From Planctomycetota bacterium (GTDB taxonomy: Bacteria; Planctomycetota; PLA2; JAEUHO01), in the NCBI GenBank assembly GCA_050248855.1, contig JBFWRP010000019.1, forward strand, positions 21,611 through 85,610: a DNA stretch of 64,000 nucleotides. Reading direction: 5' to 3'. The translations under genes and the position numbers were made by a program. Below the pieces are notes generated by a model. It saw only the letters and a program-made list of their open reading frames with translations. It did no database searches and was not told where the DNA came from. Positions within the stretch are counted from its first letter, which is position 1, and every line of letters starts with the position of its first letter. Below, piece by piece: positions 39,928 through 50,076 of the stretch.

Positions 39928-42900
39928 ATGTCGAACGCTCGCCGCTCCCTCCGTCCCTGGATCGTGGGGCTCTTGGCACTCCTCGCGCTGACGGCGCGCT
40001 CGGACGCCGATCCGACCGCGGGTCGCGATGCGGCCCTGCTGGAGGCCGCCTCGCCCCTGGTCGAGGGCGATCCGGTCGCCGCGGCCGAGCGGCTGCGTCG
40101 CTTCCGCGAGGCACACGCCGGCACGCCCGAGGCTCGCGAAGCGTGGGTCCTGGAAGCGCGCGCCTGGTCGGTCGCCGCTCGTCCGGGGGATGCGCTCGAA
40201 GTGGCGATCGCGTTCGTGCGTGCCCACCCCGAGGACGCGTGGGCCGGCCGCGCCCGGCACGTCGCCGCAGAGGCCTACGAGGCCCTGGGTCGGCCGGGCG
40301 AGGCGACGCCGCTGCTCGCGGTCATGGCGGAGGCGACGACTGCGCCCGCGGCGCTCGACGCGTTCGCCCGCAAGCTCGTGGAGGAGGCGCGCCGCGACAT
40401 CGAGGGCGTCGAGATCACCGACGACCTCGGTCGCCCCACGCGCGCCAAGGACCTCCCCCGAGCGGCATCGGCCTTGGATCGCGCGCTCGCGCTGGCCGTC
40501 GAGGATGCGCTGCGTCGCGAGGCCCTCGCATGGCGCGTCCGCGGTGCGGAAGAGCAAGGCGACCATCGCGCCGTCATCGAGGCAGCGACGCGACTGCTCG
40601 AGCTCGAGAAGGAGAGCGCGCTCGCATTCGCGGCACGCGGTCGTGCTCGCTTGGCCACGCAGGACACGGCCGGTGCGCGCGCGGACCTGCTTGGCGCCCT
40701 GCCGCTCGTGGCCGCGGGCGACGACGCGGAGGCCCACCGGCGCGTGGTCGAGTCCCTGGCGGCCGAGCGGTTCCTCGCCGCGAGCCGCGGCGACGAGGCG
40801 GCGCTCGAAGAGGCCGTGGACCGGCTTCGCGCGCTGATCGCCGCGCGTCCCGCCGTTGCGCCGGCGGCCCGGCTGTTCCTCGCGGGAGCCCTGCACGGCG
40901 TCGGGCGCATGGAAGAAGCCGCCGCCGAGCATCGCGCGTTCGTGGACCGCTTCCCCAACCACGCGGACGTGCCGCGTGCCCGCGAGATGGCCATCGACGA
41001 GCTGGCCGCGGCCGGGCGGTTCGAGGACGCGCTCCGCGACATCGAGCGCTTCCTCGCTGCCCATCCGGACGACCCGCGCTGGACGACGCTGCGCGACCGC
41101 CGGCCGGAGCTCGGCTGGCAGCTGGCCGCGAGCCGGCTCGACGAGGGCCAGCGCGACGGCGCCATCCAGGCGTGGCGCGACTTCGTCCAGCAGTGGCCCA
41201 CGGACGGCCGGGCCCCGGATGCCTTGCTCGCCATCGCGGCGGTCCACGTGGATGGCGAGAACCTCGAGGCCGCCTTGGCCACGTGGCGCGAGGTCATGGG
41301 CCGCTACGGCAAGACGCGGCAGGCGCCCGTGGCGGCGCTGCTCCGTGCCGATGCGTTGGAGAGCGCGGATCGGCTGGACGAGGCCATCGAGGCCTACGAG
41401 CACGTCACCACGACCTGGCCCCATGCGGCGCAGGCGGGCGAGGCTGCGCGACGGCTGCAGCGCCTACGCGCACCGGAGCTGCGCATCAGCCAGCCGCACG
41501 TCGGCCCGGTGGGCCAAGCTCCGGAGCTGGCCGTCGTGACGCGCAACATCGAGGCGCTCGACGTCCGGGTGCATGCCCTCGACCTCGAGGCCTGGTTCCG
41601 CGAGAAGGGCACGATCCTGGGCGTCGAGTCGCTGGCGCTGGAGATCGTCAAGCCGGACCTGACGGCCACGTGGAAGACGGCCTCGTACGCCCCCTTCCGC
41701 CGCTTCGAAACGAAGCAGACCGTGTCGACCTCCAAGGCCGGGGCCTACGTCGTGGTCGCCGGCGACACGCAGCTGACCGCGACCAGCCTCGTTCTCGTGA
41801 GCGACATCGAGTGCGTGGTCAAGAAGGGCGAGCGGGGCAGCCTCCTCGTGTGGGTGTTCGAGCGTGAGGGGCAGCGGCCCGTGGCCGGCGCCCGCGTGCT
41901 GGTGAACGACGCCAAGGGCGTGCGCGAGCTGGGCACGACCGGCGACGAGGGCATCTGGCAGGGTCGGTCCGACGGGGCGGCCAAGCACGTGTTCGTGAGC
42001 GCCGGTGAGCGAGGCGTGGCCAGCACGGAGCTGGCCGACGCCGCGTGGTCCTCCGAGGGCCTGGCCACCAAGGCGTACCTGCACACGGACCGCCCGGTCT
42101 ACCGCCCGGGCGACGAGATCTCGTGGCGCGCCGTGTTCCTCCAGGTGCGCGACGGCCAGCTGACGCTTCCCGGCGTGACCAAGGGCTTGATCGAAGTCCT
42201 GGACGCCCGCAACAACGTGCTGTCCCGCGACGACGTGGAGTCGTCGGCCAGCGGGACGTTCGACGGGAAGTTCGCGCTGGATGCCTTGGCCTCGATCGGG
42301 ACGTGGACGCTGCGCCTCACGGTGCCGCGCCAGGGCACGTGGACGGGCGGCTTCGAGGTCGAGGCCTACCGCAAGCCCGAGCTGTTGATCGACGTCACCA
42401 CGGCCAAGCCTACGTATGCAACGGGCGACACGGTGGAGGCCACGGTGGGCGTGACCTACACCTTCGGCGCACCCGCGGCGGACGTGGCCGTGTCGTGGGA
42501 GGCGTTCCGCCAGCCGCGCACGTTCGCCATGCCCGACCCGGATGACGTCAGCTGGTACCTGGGCACCGACGCCGCCGAGAGCGAACGCGCTTCGACGCGC
42601 GGCTTGTCGCGCATCGCGCGCGGCGAGGGCAAGACCGACGACGCGGGCCGACTCGCCCTGACCGTGCCCACGGCCGAGAGGGACCCGGACGCCGAGATCA
42701 TCCTCCGCGCTGTGATCGAAGACGTGACCGGCCGCTTCGTGATGGACGAGGGGCGCGTTCCCGTGACGCGCCTCGACCACATGGCGCTCGTGCGCCCCGA
42801 GCTGCGCCTCGTGCGCCCCAAGCAGACGCTGCGCGTCGAGGTACGCACCGTGGACGCCGGCCTGGAGCCGGTGGCACGTTCGGGCGAGCTCATCCTGTCG

Positions 42901-45900
42901 CGCGTGGTGTCCGACGAGAAGACGCTGGCGGGCGCGACCACGCGCCGCGAGACGGCGTGGCCCGTGGCGACCGGCGAGAGCGGCCGCGCGGAGCTCTCGA
43001 TCAGCCTCCCGGCCCCGGGCCGCTGGCGCTTGCGCTACGAGGGACGCGACGGTCGCGGCCGTCTGGTCGTCCACGAGACCGACGTCGAGGCGCGCGGGGA
43101 GGAAGAGGAAGAGAGCCGCGATGCGCGCCTGCTCGTGTCGCGCGTGCTGTTCCACGAGGGCGACACGGCCGAGGTCCTCCTGCGCTCGCCGGTGCGCGCC
43201 GCGAAGGCCCTGTTGACGCTCGAGGCAGGCACGGTGCTCGAGCACCGCTTCGTGGCCATCGAGGGGCCGAGCACCGTGCTCAAGATCCCGCTGCGGGCCC
43301 CGCATGCGCCCAACGTCGTGGTCGCGATCGCGATCCCCGGCCCGAACCGCCTGCTGGAGGCCCAGGTCGAGCTCGTCGTCGTGCGCCAGATGCAGATCCG
43401 CGTGCAGGCTGCTGGGGATCCGCGTCCGGGCGAGCCGCTCGACATTGACGTCCAGACGACCGACGCCCAAGGCAACCCCGTGTCCGCCGAGATCGGGCTC
43501 GCCGTCGTGGACGAGGCCATCTTCGGCATCGCACCCGACACCACGGCCTCCATCGCGCGCACCTTCCTCGATCGGCGTCGCGTCCACGCCGTCGTCACGT
43601 CGACGTCGCTCGGGACGGCCTTCCACGGCACGACGCGCGAGGCCAACCGCGACCTGCTCGACCAACAGTCGGCCCTGGATGGAGGCACGCAGGTCGAGGT
43701 GCAGCATGCCCTGCGCTTGGCACGCGCTGCCATGGATCGCGGGAACACGGACGAAGCGCTGCGGCAGGTGATGCGCGCGCTCGAGCGCGACGCCAGCTCC
43801 TGGGACGCACGGGACCTCTTGGCAGCCGTCACCGCGGAGCGCCGCCGCCAGGGCATCACGGGAGCAGCGGACGAGCTGGCGCGCATCACGGAGGACGCCA
43901 AGCGCTCCAAGGGCGACGAGCTGGAGGAGCTGCGCAAGGAGCTCCACGACGAGGACGCCGCCCCGGGGGCGCCCATGGACAAGCTGGCCGACGCCCCGTT
44001 CGCGGCGCCTTCGAGCAACGGCACGATCGGCGTTGGCGGTGGGGCCGGGGGCGCCTTCCGGGGTCGGGGCGGAAGCAGGAACCTGGAGGCCCGGGGTGGC
44101 GGCGGGGCGAAGGCCGGCATGCCGGCGGAGAAGGGCTGGTTCGATGCCGACCGGGCGTCGCAGTCCATTCCAGGTGTTCGGTGGGTCGGCCCGGGGGCGG
44201 AGGGCGCCGCGTTGGCGGCTCTTCTCGACCCGGGCGCCCTCGCGCCCACGTTCGAGATGCGGCGCACGTTCCGTGACACGGCGCACTGGGCGCCGCGCGT
44301 CAAGACGGGCGCCGACGGCAAGGCCACGGTCTCGATCACGCTGCCCGACAACCTCACCCGCTGGCGCCTGGACGCACGCGGTGTGTCCGATGGCGCGCTG
44401 CCCGGCTCCGGCCGTGGCGGCTTCGACGTGGGCCGGCCCATCGTCACGCGTCTGGACCCGCCGCGCTTCCTCGTGCAGGGCGACGAAGTCGTGCTGCCCG
44501 TGGCCGTGCACGTGCATACCGAGTCCGCGGCCGAGGGCCGCGTCGTGCTGGAGGCCGAGGGCGTCCGCCTGGAGCAGCCCGAGCAGCCACTCCGGGTCGA
44601 ACCCGGCCGCGCGGGCGTGGTGGGCGTTCGTGCCTACGCCGAAGGCGTCGTGCCCGTGCGCCTGGAAGCCCGCTTCGAGTCACCGACCGGTGGCGACGGG
44701 GTCGAGGCCAAGCTGGGGACTCAGGCGCGTGGCGTGCCGTGGCTCGAGGGTCGCTCGGGCCTCGTCCAGACGAGCGGGGCCGGCACGGACGTGCACACGA
44801 TCGTGGTGCCCAAGGAGGCCATCGCAGGCAGCACGCGCTTCGAGGTGGCCATCGCGCCCTCGTGGACGGCGTCGCTCGACGACGTGTTGCTGCGCCTGCG
44901 CACCTACCCGTACGGCTGCGTCGAGCAAGTCGTGCATCGCTTCCTGCCGGCCGTGCAGGCGGCCACGGCCCTCGCGGTCGTGCACGCGCCCGACGCTGCC
45001 CGCCGTGATCAGCTCAAGCGTCTCGTCTCCGACGGCGCCCGGCGCTTGGTGCAGATGCAGAACGCCGACGGCTCGTTCGGCTGGTTCGCCGGCCGCCCGG
45101 GCAACCTTGCCATGACGGCCTATGCGCTCCGGGGCCTTCGTGCTGCGATCTCCAGCGGCGAGAGCTATGCGATTCCCGCGGCCCAGCAGGCGCTCAGGGC
45201 CCTCGACCAGCTGCTGCCCTCGGGCACGCCCGACGAGCAGGCGCTGGCGCATCTCGCGCGCAGCGAAGGCGGCACCGTGGATGCCGAGGCCTTCGCGCTC
45301 ACGTTCCGCCGTCGCGACGGCGGCTTGAGCACGACCGGCCTGGCTTGGCTCGCGCGCGCCGCGCTGCAGGCCGACCGACGTCGCGATGCCGACGAGCTGA
45401 TCCGGCTGTTGCTGGCGCGTGCGAAGGACGACGGCACGCGCGTGTCGTGGTCCGGGCGCGCCGACGACGACTTCGTGGGCAGCGACACCGAGGCCACGGC
45501 CGCGGCACTCACCGCGCTGGTCGAGGCCAAGGTCGCCAGCGACCAAGTGGAGCGGGGGCTGGCGTGGCTGCTCGCCCAGGGCACGCCGCGGACCACGAAG
45601 GACGGCGCCACGTTCGTCGAGCTGGCCAGCGTGCACATGAAGAGCGGCCGCGACCAGGGCTTCGGCGGCACGGTCACCGTGCTGCTGGACGGCCAAGCCG
45701 TGCACACCCTGGAGGTCGTGCCCGGCCAGGCCTTGCCCGTCGCCCGCCGCGCCTTCGTGTTGACCGACGCCGGCAAGCTGGCGCCGGGGGCGCACAAGAT
45801 CGAGGTCCGCCTCGCGGGACAAGGCCGTGTCGCGTACGCCTTGCGCCTGCGGGGTGCGGCCGCTTCGGAAGACCTGGGCGGCGCCTCGCGCGGCATGGAT

Positions 45901-47931
45901 GTGAAGCGCGTCTACGTGGAAGCCGTGCCGGGACTGGTGGCGGGCCAAGAGCCGCCGCCCAAGCCCGGCCACTCGATCTGGCGCGACGAGGCCCGACCCG
46001 CCACCTCGGCGGCGCCGATCGACCGCGTGGGTCGGGGCGACTCGATCCGCGTCCGCCTGGAGGTCCGCACCGCGACGACACGCCGGTACGTCCTCGTCGA
46101 AGACCCGCTGCCGGCGGGCTTCGAGGTGGTCGCCGACAGCGCCGTCGGGCCGTTCGCGTGGCAAGAGCGCCGCGACGACCGCCAGGTGTTCTTCCTCGAC
46201 ACGTTGCCCGCGGGCACCACCACGGTCGAGTACGTGCTGCAGGCCACGCACCAGGGGTCGTTCACGGCCCTCGGCACGACGGCCGAGGCGATGTACGCGC
46301 CCGAGGTGTTCGGTCGTGCGGGCGGCATGCGCCTGTCGATCGGCGCGCCGGGCAGCAACCGCCCCGGGGACGCCGAGGGTGGACCTACGCCCGACGAGCT
46401 CTGGGCCCTCGCCAAGAAGGCGGTCGCCGACCGCCGTCACGCCGAGGCGCGCGGGCTGCTCGACACGCTTCGCCAGCAGCCGCTCCGGGACGATGTCCTC
46501 GACGAGCTCGAGGCCCTGCGGCTCGAGGTGGCCATCGGGCTCGGGGACGCCCCCGGCATCGTGGAGGCGCGCGAAGAGCTGGTCCGCCGCGCTCCCGGTC
46601 GCCTGCCGTCTTCGTACGCCGCGCTCCACGCGATGGCCGCGGCCTACCGGACGAGCGGCGATGTCGTCGTGGCCAACGCGCTGTACCGCGACCTGGTGGC
46701 GCGCGGCTTGGCGCTGGCGGACGAGTGGACGGGGACGTTGATCGCCCGCGGTCGCATCGTGGAAGGCCTGGACGCCCTCGGGCTTGCCCTGGAAGCCCAG
46801 CCCGTGTCCAACGCCTCGGCGCAGCTCGAGCTGCAGCGCGCGGAGCGACTGCGGCAGACGGCGCGGCCCAAGGACCGCGACCTGCCGGCAGGCAAGCCGA
46901 TGGACGCCGAGTCGATCGGTGTCCTTCGCCACGCGAGCCTGCACCACGCCACCACGCCGGCCGAGCCCGTGCTGCGGTACGCCTTGGTGGAGGCACTGCG
47001 CACGACGGGGCGCGAGGGCGCAGCGGCCGAGGAGGCCGAGTCGTTCCTCCGCCGCCACGGACAGCACCACCTGATGGACGAGGTGCGCTGGTTCCTGGCC
47101 GAGTCGCGCTTCCGTGCGTTCGAGCGGGCGCCGAGCGAGACGACCGAGGCGGCCGTGAAGGCCGCGGCCCAGCCCTTGCTCGACCACGACGTGCCCCAGC
47201 CCGGCGGCGGACGACTCCGGCCGAGCGCGCACCGGGCGTCGGCATGGCATCTGCTGGCCCGCATGCGCCATGCGCTGGGCGACTTGGAGGCAGCCGCCGC
47301 GCTCTACAAGCGGGCCGAAGGGATCGAGGATGCGCAGGCCGCCGCGGCGTGGCTCGCCGAGCAACGCCTCGAGCTGCCTGTCACGCGGGTCGTCACGATG
47401 GGGGCCCAGGCCCGCGCGATGGCGGGGCCGCTCACGGTCCCGTTGACCACGCGCAACATCGACAAGGTCGCTTTCGAGATCTACCCCGTGGATCTGCAGG
47501 TGCTCTTCGCCGTGCGGCGTAGCCTGAAGGGCCTCCACGAGATCCAGCTGACCGGCATCCGGCCGCAGATCGCCTTCGAGCATGCGGTCGGTCGCCAGCG
47601 CCTGGAGAAGACCGAGGACGTGAGCCTGCCCGAAGTCGCGGGACATGGGGCATGGCTCGTGGTGGCCCGCGCCGACGGTCACGCCACGAGCACGCTCGTC
47701 GTTTCGACGGACCTGGAGGTGCGCTGGCAGCGCGATGCGGGTCGCCTGCACGTGCTGGACTGGCAGGGCCGCCCTGTTCGCGATGCGTTCGTCACGGTGG
47801 CGCAGGGTGACCAGATCCGGTTGCGGGCCCGTACGGACGCGCGGGGCATCGTGGAGGTGCCGGGCGTGGCGGCCGGGGCCGAAGCCGTGGTGTCGGTCGG
47901 GGACCGTTTCGCGATTGCACGGGCGCCTTGA
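39928..47931 (+). CDS. Alpha-2-macroglobulin-family protein (2667 aa) with N- and C-terminal TPR arrays
   Basis: RBS GAGGAG and signal peptide. TDRPVYRPG, F.VEAYRKPE, LAVVDEAI, R.TF.DTAHW, LPDNLTRW, thioester YPYGCVEQ (44917-44928) and EDPLPAGFE motifs. Confidence 0.92.
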   Translation: MSNARRSLRPWIVGLLALLALTARSDADPTAGRDAALLEAASPLVEGDPVAAAERLRRFREAHAGTPEAREAWVLEARAWSVAARPGDALEVAIAFVRAHPEDAWAGRARHVAAEAYEALGRPGEATPLLAVMAEATTAPAALDAFARKLVEEARRDIEGVEITDDLGRPTRAKDLPRAASALDRALALAVEDALRREALAWRVRGAEEQGDHRAVIEAATRLLELEKESALAFAARGRARLATQDTAGARADLLGALPLVAAGDDAEAHRRVVESLAAERFLAASRGDEAALEEAVDRLRALIAARPAVAPAARLFLAGALHGVGRMEEAAAEHRAFVDRFPNHADVPRAREMAIDELAAAGRFEDALRDIERFLAAHPDDPRWTTLRDRRPELGWQLAASRLDEGQRDGAIQAWRDFVQQWPTDGRAPDALLAIAAVHVDGENLEAALATWREVMGRYGKTRQAPVAALLRADALESADRLDEAIEAYEHVTTTWPHAAQAGEAARRLQRLRAPELRISQPHVGPVGQAPELAVVTRNIEALDVRVHALDLEAWFREKGTILGVESLALEIVKPDLTATWKTASYAPFRRFETKQTVSTSKAGAYVVVAGDTQLTATSLVLVSDIECVVKKGERGSLLVWVFEREGQRPVAGARVLVNDAKGVRELGTTGDEGIWQGRSDGAAKHVFVSAGERGVASTELADAAWSSEGLATKAYLHTDRPVYRPGDEISWRAVFLQVRDGQLTLPGVTKGLIEVLDARNNVLSRDDVESSASGTFDGKFALDALASIGTWTLRLTVPRQGTWTGGFEVEAYRKPELLIDVTTAKPTYATGDTVEATVGVTYTFGAPAADVAVSWEAFRQPRTFAMPDPDDVSWYLGTDAAESERASTRGLSRIARGEGKTDDAGRLALTVPTAERDPDAEIILRAVIEDVTGRFVMDEGRVPVTRLDHMALVRPELRLVRPKQTLRVEVRTVDAGLEPVARSGELILSRVVSDEKTLAGATTRRETAWPVATGESGRAELSISLPAPGRWRLRYEGRDGRGRLVVHETDVEARGEEEEESRDARLLVSRVLFHEGDTAEVLLRSPVRAAKALLTLEAGTVLEHRFVAIEGPSTVLKIPLRAPHAPNVVVAIAIPGPNRLLEAQVELVVVRQMQIRVQAAGDPRPGEPLDIDVQTTDAQGNPVSAEIGLAVVDEAIFGIAPDTTASIARTFLDRRRVHAVVTSTSLGTAFHGTTREANRDLLDQQSALDGGTQVEVQHALRLARAAMDRGNTDEALRQVMRALERDASSWDARDLLAAVTAERRRQGITGAADELARITEDAKRSKGDELEELRKELHDEDAAPGAPMDKLADAPFAAPSSNGTIGVGGGAGGAFRGRGGSRNLEARGGGGAKAGMPAEKGWFDADRASQSIPGVRWVGPGAEGAALAALLDPGALAPTFEMRRTFRDTAHWAPRVKTGADGKATVSITLPDNLTRWRLDARGVSDGALPGSGRGGFDVGRPIVTRLDPPRFLVQGDEVVLPVAVHVHTESAAEGRVVLEAEGVRLEQPEQPLRVEPGRAGVVGVRAYAEGVVPVRLEARFESPTGGDGVEAKLGTQARGVPWLEGRSGLVQTSGAGTDVHTIVVPKEAIAGSTRFEVAIAPSWTASLDDVLLRLRTYPYGCVEQVVHRFLPAVQAATALAVVHAPDAARRDQLKRLVSDGARRLVQMQNADGSFGWFAGRPGNLAMTAYALRGLRAAISSGESYAIPAAQQALRALDQLLPSGTPDEQALAHLARSEGGTVDAEAFALTFRRRDGGLSTTGLAWLARAALQADRRRDADELIRLLLARAKDDGTRVSWSGRADDDFVGSDTEATAAALTALVEAKVASDQVERGLAWLLAQGTPRTTKDGATFVELASVHMKSGRDQGFGGTVTVLLDGQAVHTLEVVPGQALPVARRAFVLTDAGKLAPGAHKIEVRLAGQGRVAYALRLRGAAASEDLGGASRGMDVKRVYVEAVPGLVAGQEPPPKPGHSIWRDEARPATSAAPIDRVGRGDSIRVRLEVRTATTRRYVLVEDPLPAGFEVVADSAVGPFAWQERRDDRQVFFLDTLPAGTTTVEYVLQATHQGSFTALGTTAEAMYAPEVFGRAGGMRLSIGAPGSNRPGDAEGGPTPDELWALAKKAVADRRHAEARGLLDTLRQQPLRDDVLDELEALRLEVAIGLGDAPGIVEAREELVRRAPGRLPSSYAALHAMAAAYRTSGDVVVANALYRDLVARGLALADEWTGTLIARGRIVEGLDALGLALEAQPVSNASAQLELQRAERLRQTARPKDRDLPAGKPMDAESIGVLRHASLHHATTPAEPVLRYALVEALRTTGREGAAAEEAESFLRRHGQHHLMDEVRWFLAESRFRAFERAPSETTEAAVKAAAQPLLDHDVPQPGGGRLRPSAHRASAWHLLARMRHALGDLEAAAALYKRAEGIEDAQAAAAWLAEQRLELPVTRVVTMGAQARAMAGPLTVPLTTRNIDKVAFEIYPVDLQVLFAVRRSLKGLHEIQLTGIRPQIAFEHAVGRQRLEKTEDVSLPEVAGHGAWLVVARADGHATSTLVVSTDLEVRWQRDAGRLHVLDWQGRPVRDAFVTVAQGDQIRLRARTDARGIVEVPGVAAGAEAVVSVGDRFAIARAP

Positions 47932-48041
47932 CGCCGGGCCCTTGGACGCGCTGGGAGCAGGGTGTAAAGCCCTGTCGTCAGGCGTTCGATGATAGGTACG
48001 ACGTGGGGTTGGCAAGGAGGGCCGTGACGGCCCAGGAGCCC

Positions 48042-48971
48042 ATGGACTCGGTTACCGACACCTTCCGTCAGCTCTTCGGGGACGCGCACGACCATGTGCT
48101 GCTGCTCCGCTCGGACCGCTGCCTCGAGGCCGCCAACCCGGCCTTCCTCGACGGCGTGCGCCTCGCTGCCATCGGCGCCGACTTCATGCGCACCGTTCCG
48201 CACCACGCCCGCGAGCGGGTGTCGGGTGCGCTCGTCCGCGCGGCAGGCGGTGAGGAAGTCCTCGTCGCGGTGCCGCACGAGAATGCCGACGGCTTGCCGA
48301 TGGCCTGCGAGTACCGCTTCTTCCCGGCCGAGGGCGGGCGCGTCGCGGGCATCGGCCGCGTGCGCAACGGGGGGGACGACGAGGGCGAGTCGCTCGAACG
48401 CACCCGGGCCGAGCTGCGTGCCAAGAGCCGCATGCTCGACGAGATCCAGCTCGAGCTGACCCAGGTCCCGTTCATCGACCCCGTCACGGGCGTGTGGAAC
48501 CGGCTCCAGGTGCTGGAGCGCCTGACATCGGAATGGAGCCGCTGCGAGCGCTACGGCCACCCGATCAGCCTGCTCCTGGTGGACATCGAAGCGCTCGGGG
48601 CCGTGCGCGCCACGGACGGGCGCGAGACCGCGGACCGCATCCTCAAGGTCGTCGCACGGCGCGTGAAGAGCATCGTCCGCGACCACGACATCGTGGGTCG
48701 TTACGGCGACGACGCCTTCGTGATCGTTGCGGTGCACAGCAACGACGCCGGCGCCCTGCAGCTGGCCCAGCGCCTGCGCCAGGGCATCAGCGGCCAGCCG
48801 CTGGTCGTGGACCACGAGCCCACGACGATCTCGGTCCGCGTCGGCGCGGCCACGAACAGCTCCGAGGGGGTCGAGATCCTCGAGGACCTGTTCTCCGTGG
48901 CCGAAGCGGCCCTCCGGCACGCCCGCGGCGACGAGGGCGGCGTGCATGTCGCGGAGAACTGCGGCGTGTAA
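48042..48971 (+). CDS. PAS plus degenerate GGDEF-domain protein
   Basis: IDPVTGVWNR and RDHD-IVGRY-GDDAF motifs. Alternative GTG start at 48024. Confidence 0.85.
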   Translation: MDSVTDTFRQLFGDAHDHVLLLRSDRCLEAANPAFLDGVRLAAIGADFMRTVPHHARERVSGALVRAAGGEEVLVAVPHENADGLPMACEYRFFPAEGGRVAGIGRVRNGGDDEGESLERTRAELRAKSRMLDEIQLELTQVPFIDPVTGVWNRLQVLERLTSEWSRCERYGHPISLLLVDIEALGAVRATDGRETADRILKVVARRVKSIVRDHDIVGRYGDDAFVIVAVHSNDAGALQLAQRLRQGISGQPLVVDHEPTTISVRVGAATNSSEGVEILEDLFSVAEAALRHARGDEGGVHVAENCGV

Positions 48972-49219
48972 CGTGGCGGGGTAGAGGTCCCCTTGCATCT
49001 GCAGGTGCTGCGGGCGGGCTGGGGGCGATCAGGCCGCTTCGTCAGCCTCGAGTAACGGATACGAGTCGGCCTCCTCATCGGCCTTCCGCTCCCCATCCAG
49101 CCCGCCGATCGGCGTCGGTCGCCCCGCGCACACAGGACCGGGAGTCACCTCCGCGCGGTTTGTCACGTGTCACCGGAGTTCTGGAGTGGACCAGGTCGTC
49201 TCGGCGTCATGCTGGGCGC

Positions 49220-49957
49220 GTGTGCTTCCTCGTCCTCCACCACCGCGTCCACGCGGACGCGCCGGTCCTGCTCCTGGCCACCCGGGACGAACGCTACGAC
49301 CGCGCGTTCGACCTTCCCCATGCGTGGCCGGACGCGCCGGGCGTGTTCGCACCCCGGGATCGGGAGGCCGGCGGTACATGGATCGGGACGAATGCTGACG
49401 GGCTCGTCGTGGCGATCACCAACCGGGGGCGGCCCCGCCCCGATCTCGCCGGGCGCAGCCGCGGGCTGCTCGTGCGCGACATGCTGGGCCACGCCCACGC
49501 CAGCACCGCGCTCGAGGCGCTGGCCGGGCATGTGCTCGCAAGTGCGTTCGAGGGGTTCCACCTCCTCGTGGTCGATCGCGACAGCGCCCATGCCGTTCGC
49601 CGCGACGCCTCGCCCGCAGGCCACGCCTTGGCCCCCGCGGACGTGTTCACCTGGACGGATGGGTCGCACACGCTCTCCAGCTTGCACGAGCCCGACGAGG
49701 TCGGCGTTCCCGACGAGCTTCTGCCACCGGATGTGGACATCAACCGGTGGATCGCCAAGCACGAGGCCTTGAGCGCCGACGCCTCGCCGCGCCTGCCGCG
49801 CAGCGTCCCCATCCTCAAGCACTCTGCCGATGGCCTGCGCGGCACCGTGTGCGCGGCCCTCGTCACGTTGCCCACGCGGACGGAGCACCCGGCGCGCTGG
49901 CGCTTTGCGGCGGGGTCGCCCGCTGCCGTTCCCTACGTGGACCTGAACACGCGCTGA
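49220..49957 (+). CDS. NRDE/TANGO2-family protein
   Basis: GTG-Cys start, TRDE, PRD..AGGTWIG, ITN and SRGLLV motifs. Confidence 0.85.
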   Translation: MCFLVLHHRVHADAPVLLLATRDERYDRAFDLPHAWPDAPGVFAPRDREAGGTWIGTNADGLVVAITNRGRPRPDLAGRSRGLLVRDMLGHAHASTALEALAGHVLASAFEGFHLLVVDRDSAHAVRRDASPAGHALAPADVFTWTDGSHTLSSLHEPDEVGVPDELLPPDVDINRWIAKHEALSADASPRLPRSVPILKHSADGLRGTVCAALVTLPTRTEHPARWRFAAGSPAAVPYVDLNTR

Positions 49958-50076
49958 GGATCTCCGCGCGCGCTTGGGCGTGTGCTCATGTCCCAAGCCG
50001 GGCCTCAGTCCTTCCCGCCACGCTCCCTTCGTGCCATGGACGCGCGTCGCGTCGATCGCACCCAAGGAGCCATCCC

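Noticed and set aside
48972..49219. 250-nt intergenic region with three GTCAC words
   Set aside because: Irregular spacing and no convincing RNA structure or ORF, so it cannot be supported as an operator or ncRNA.
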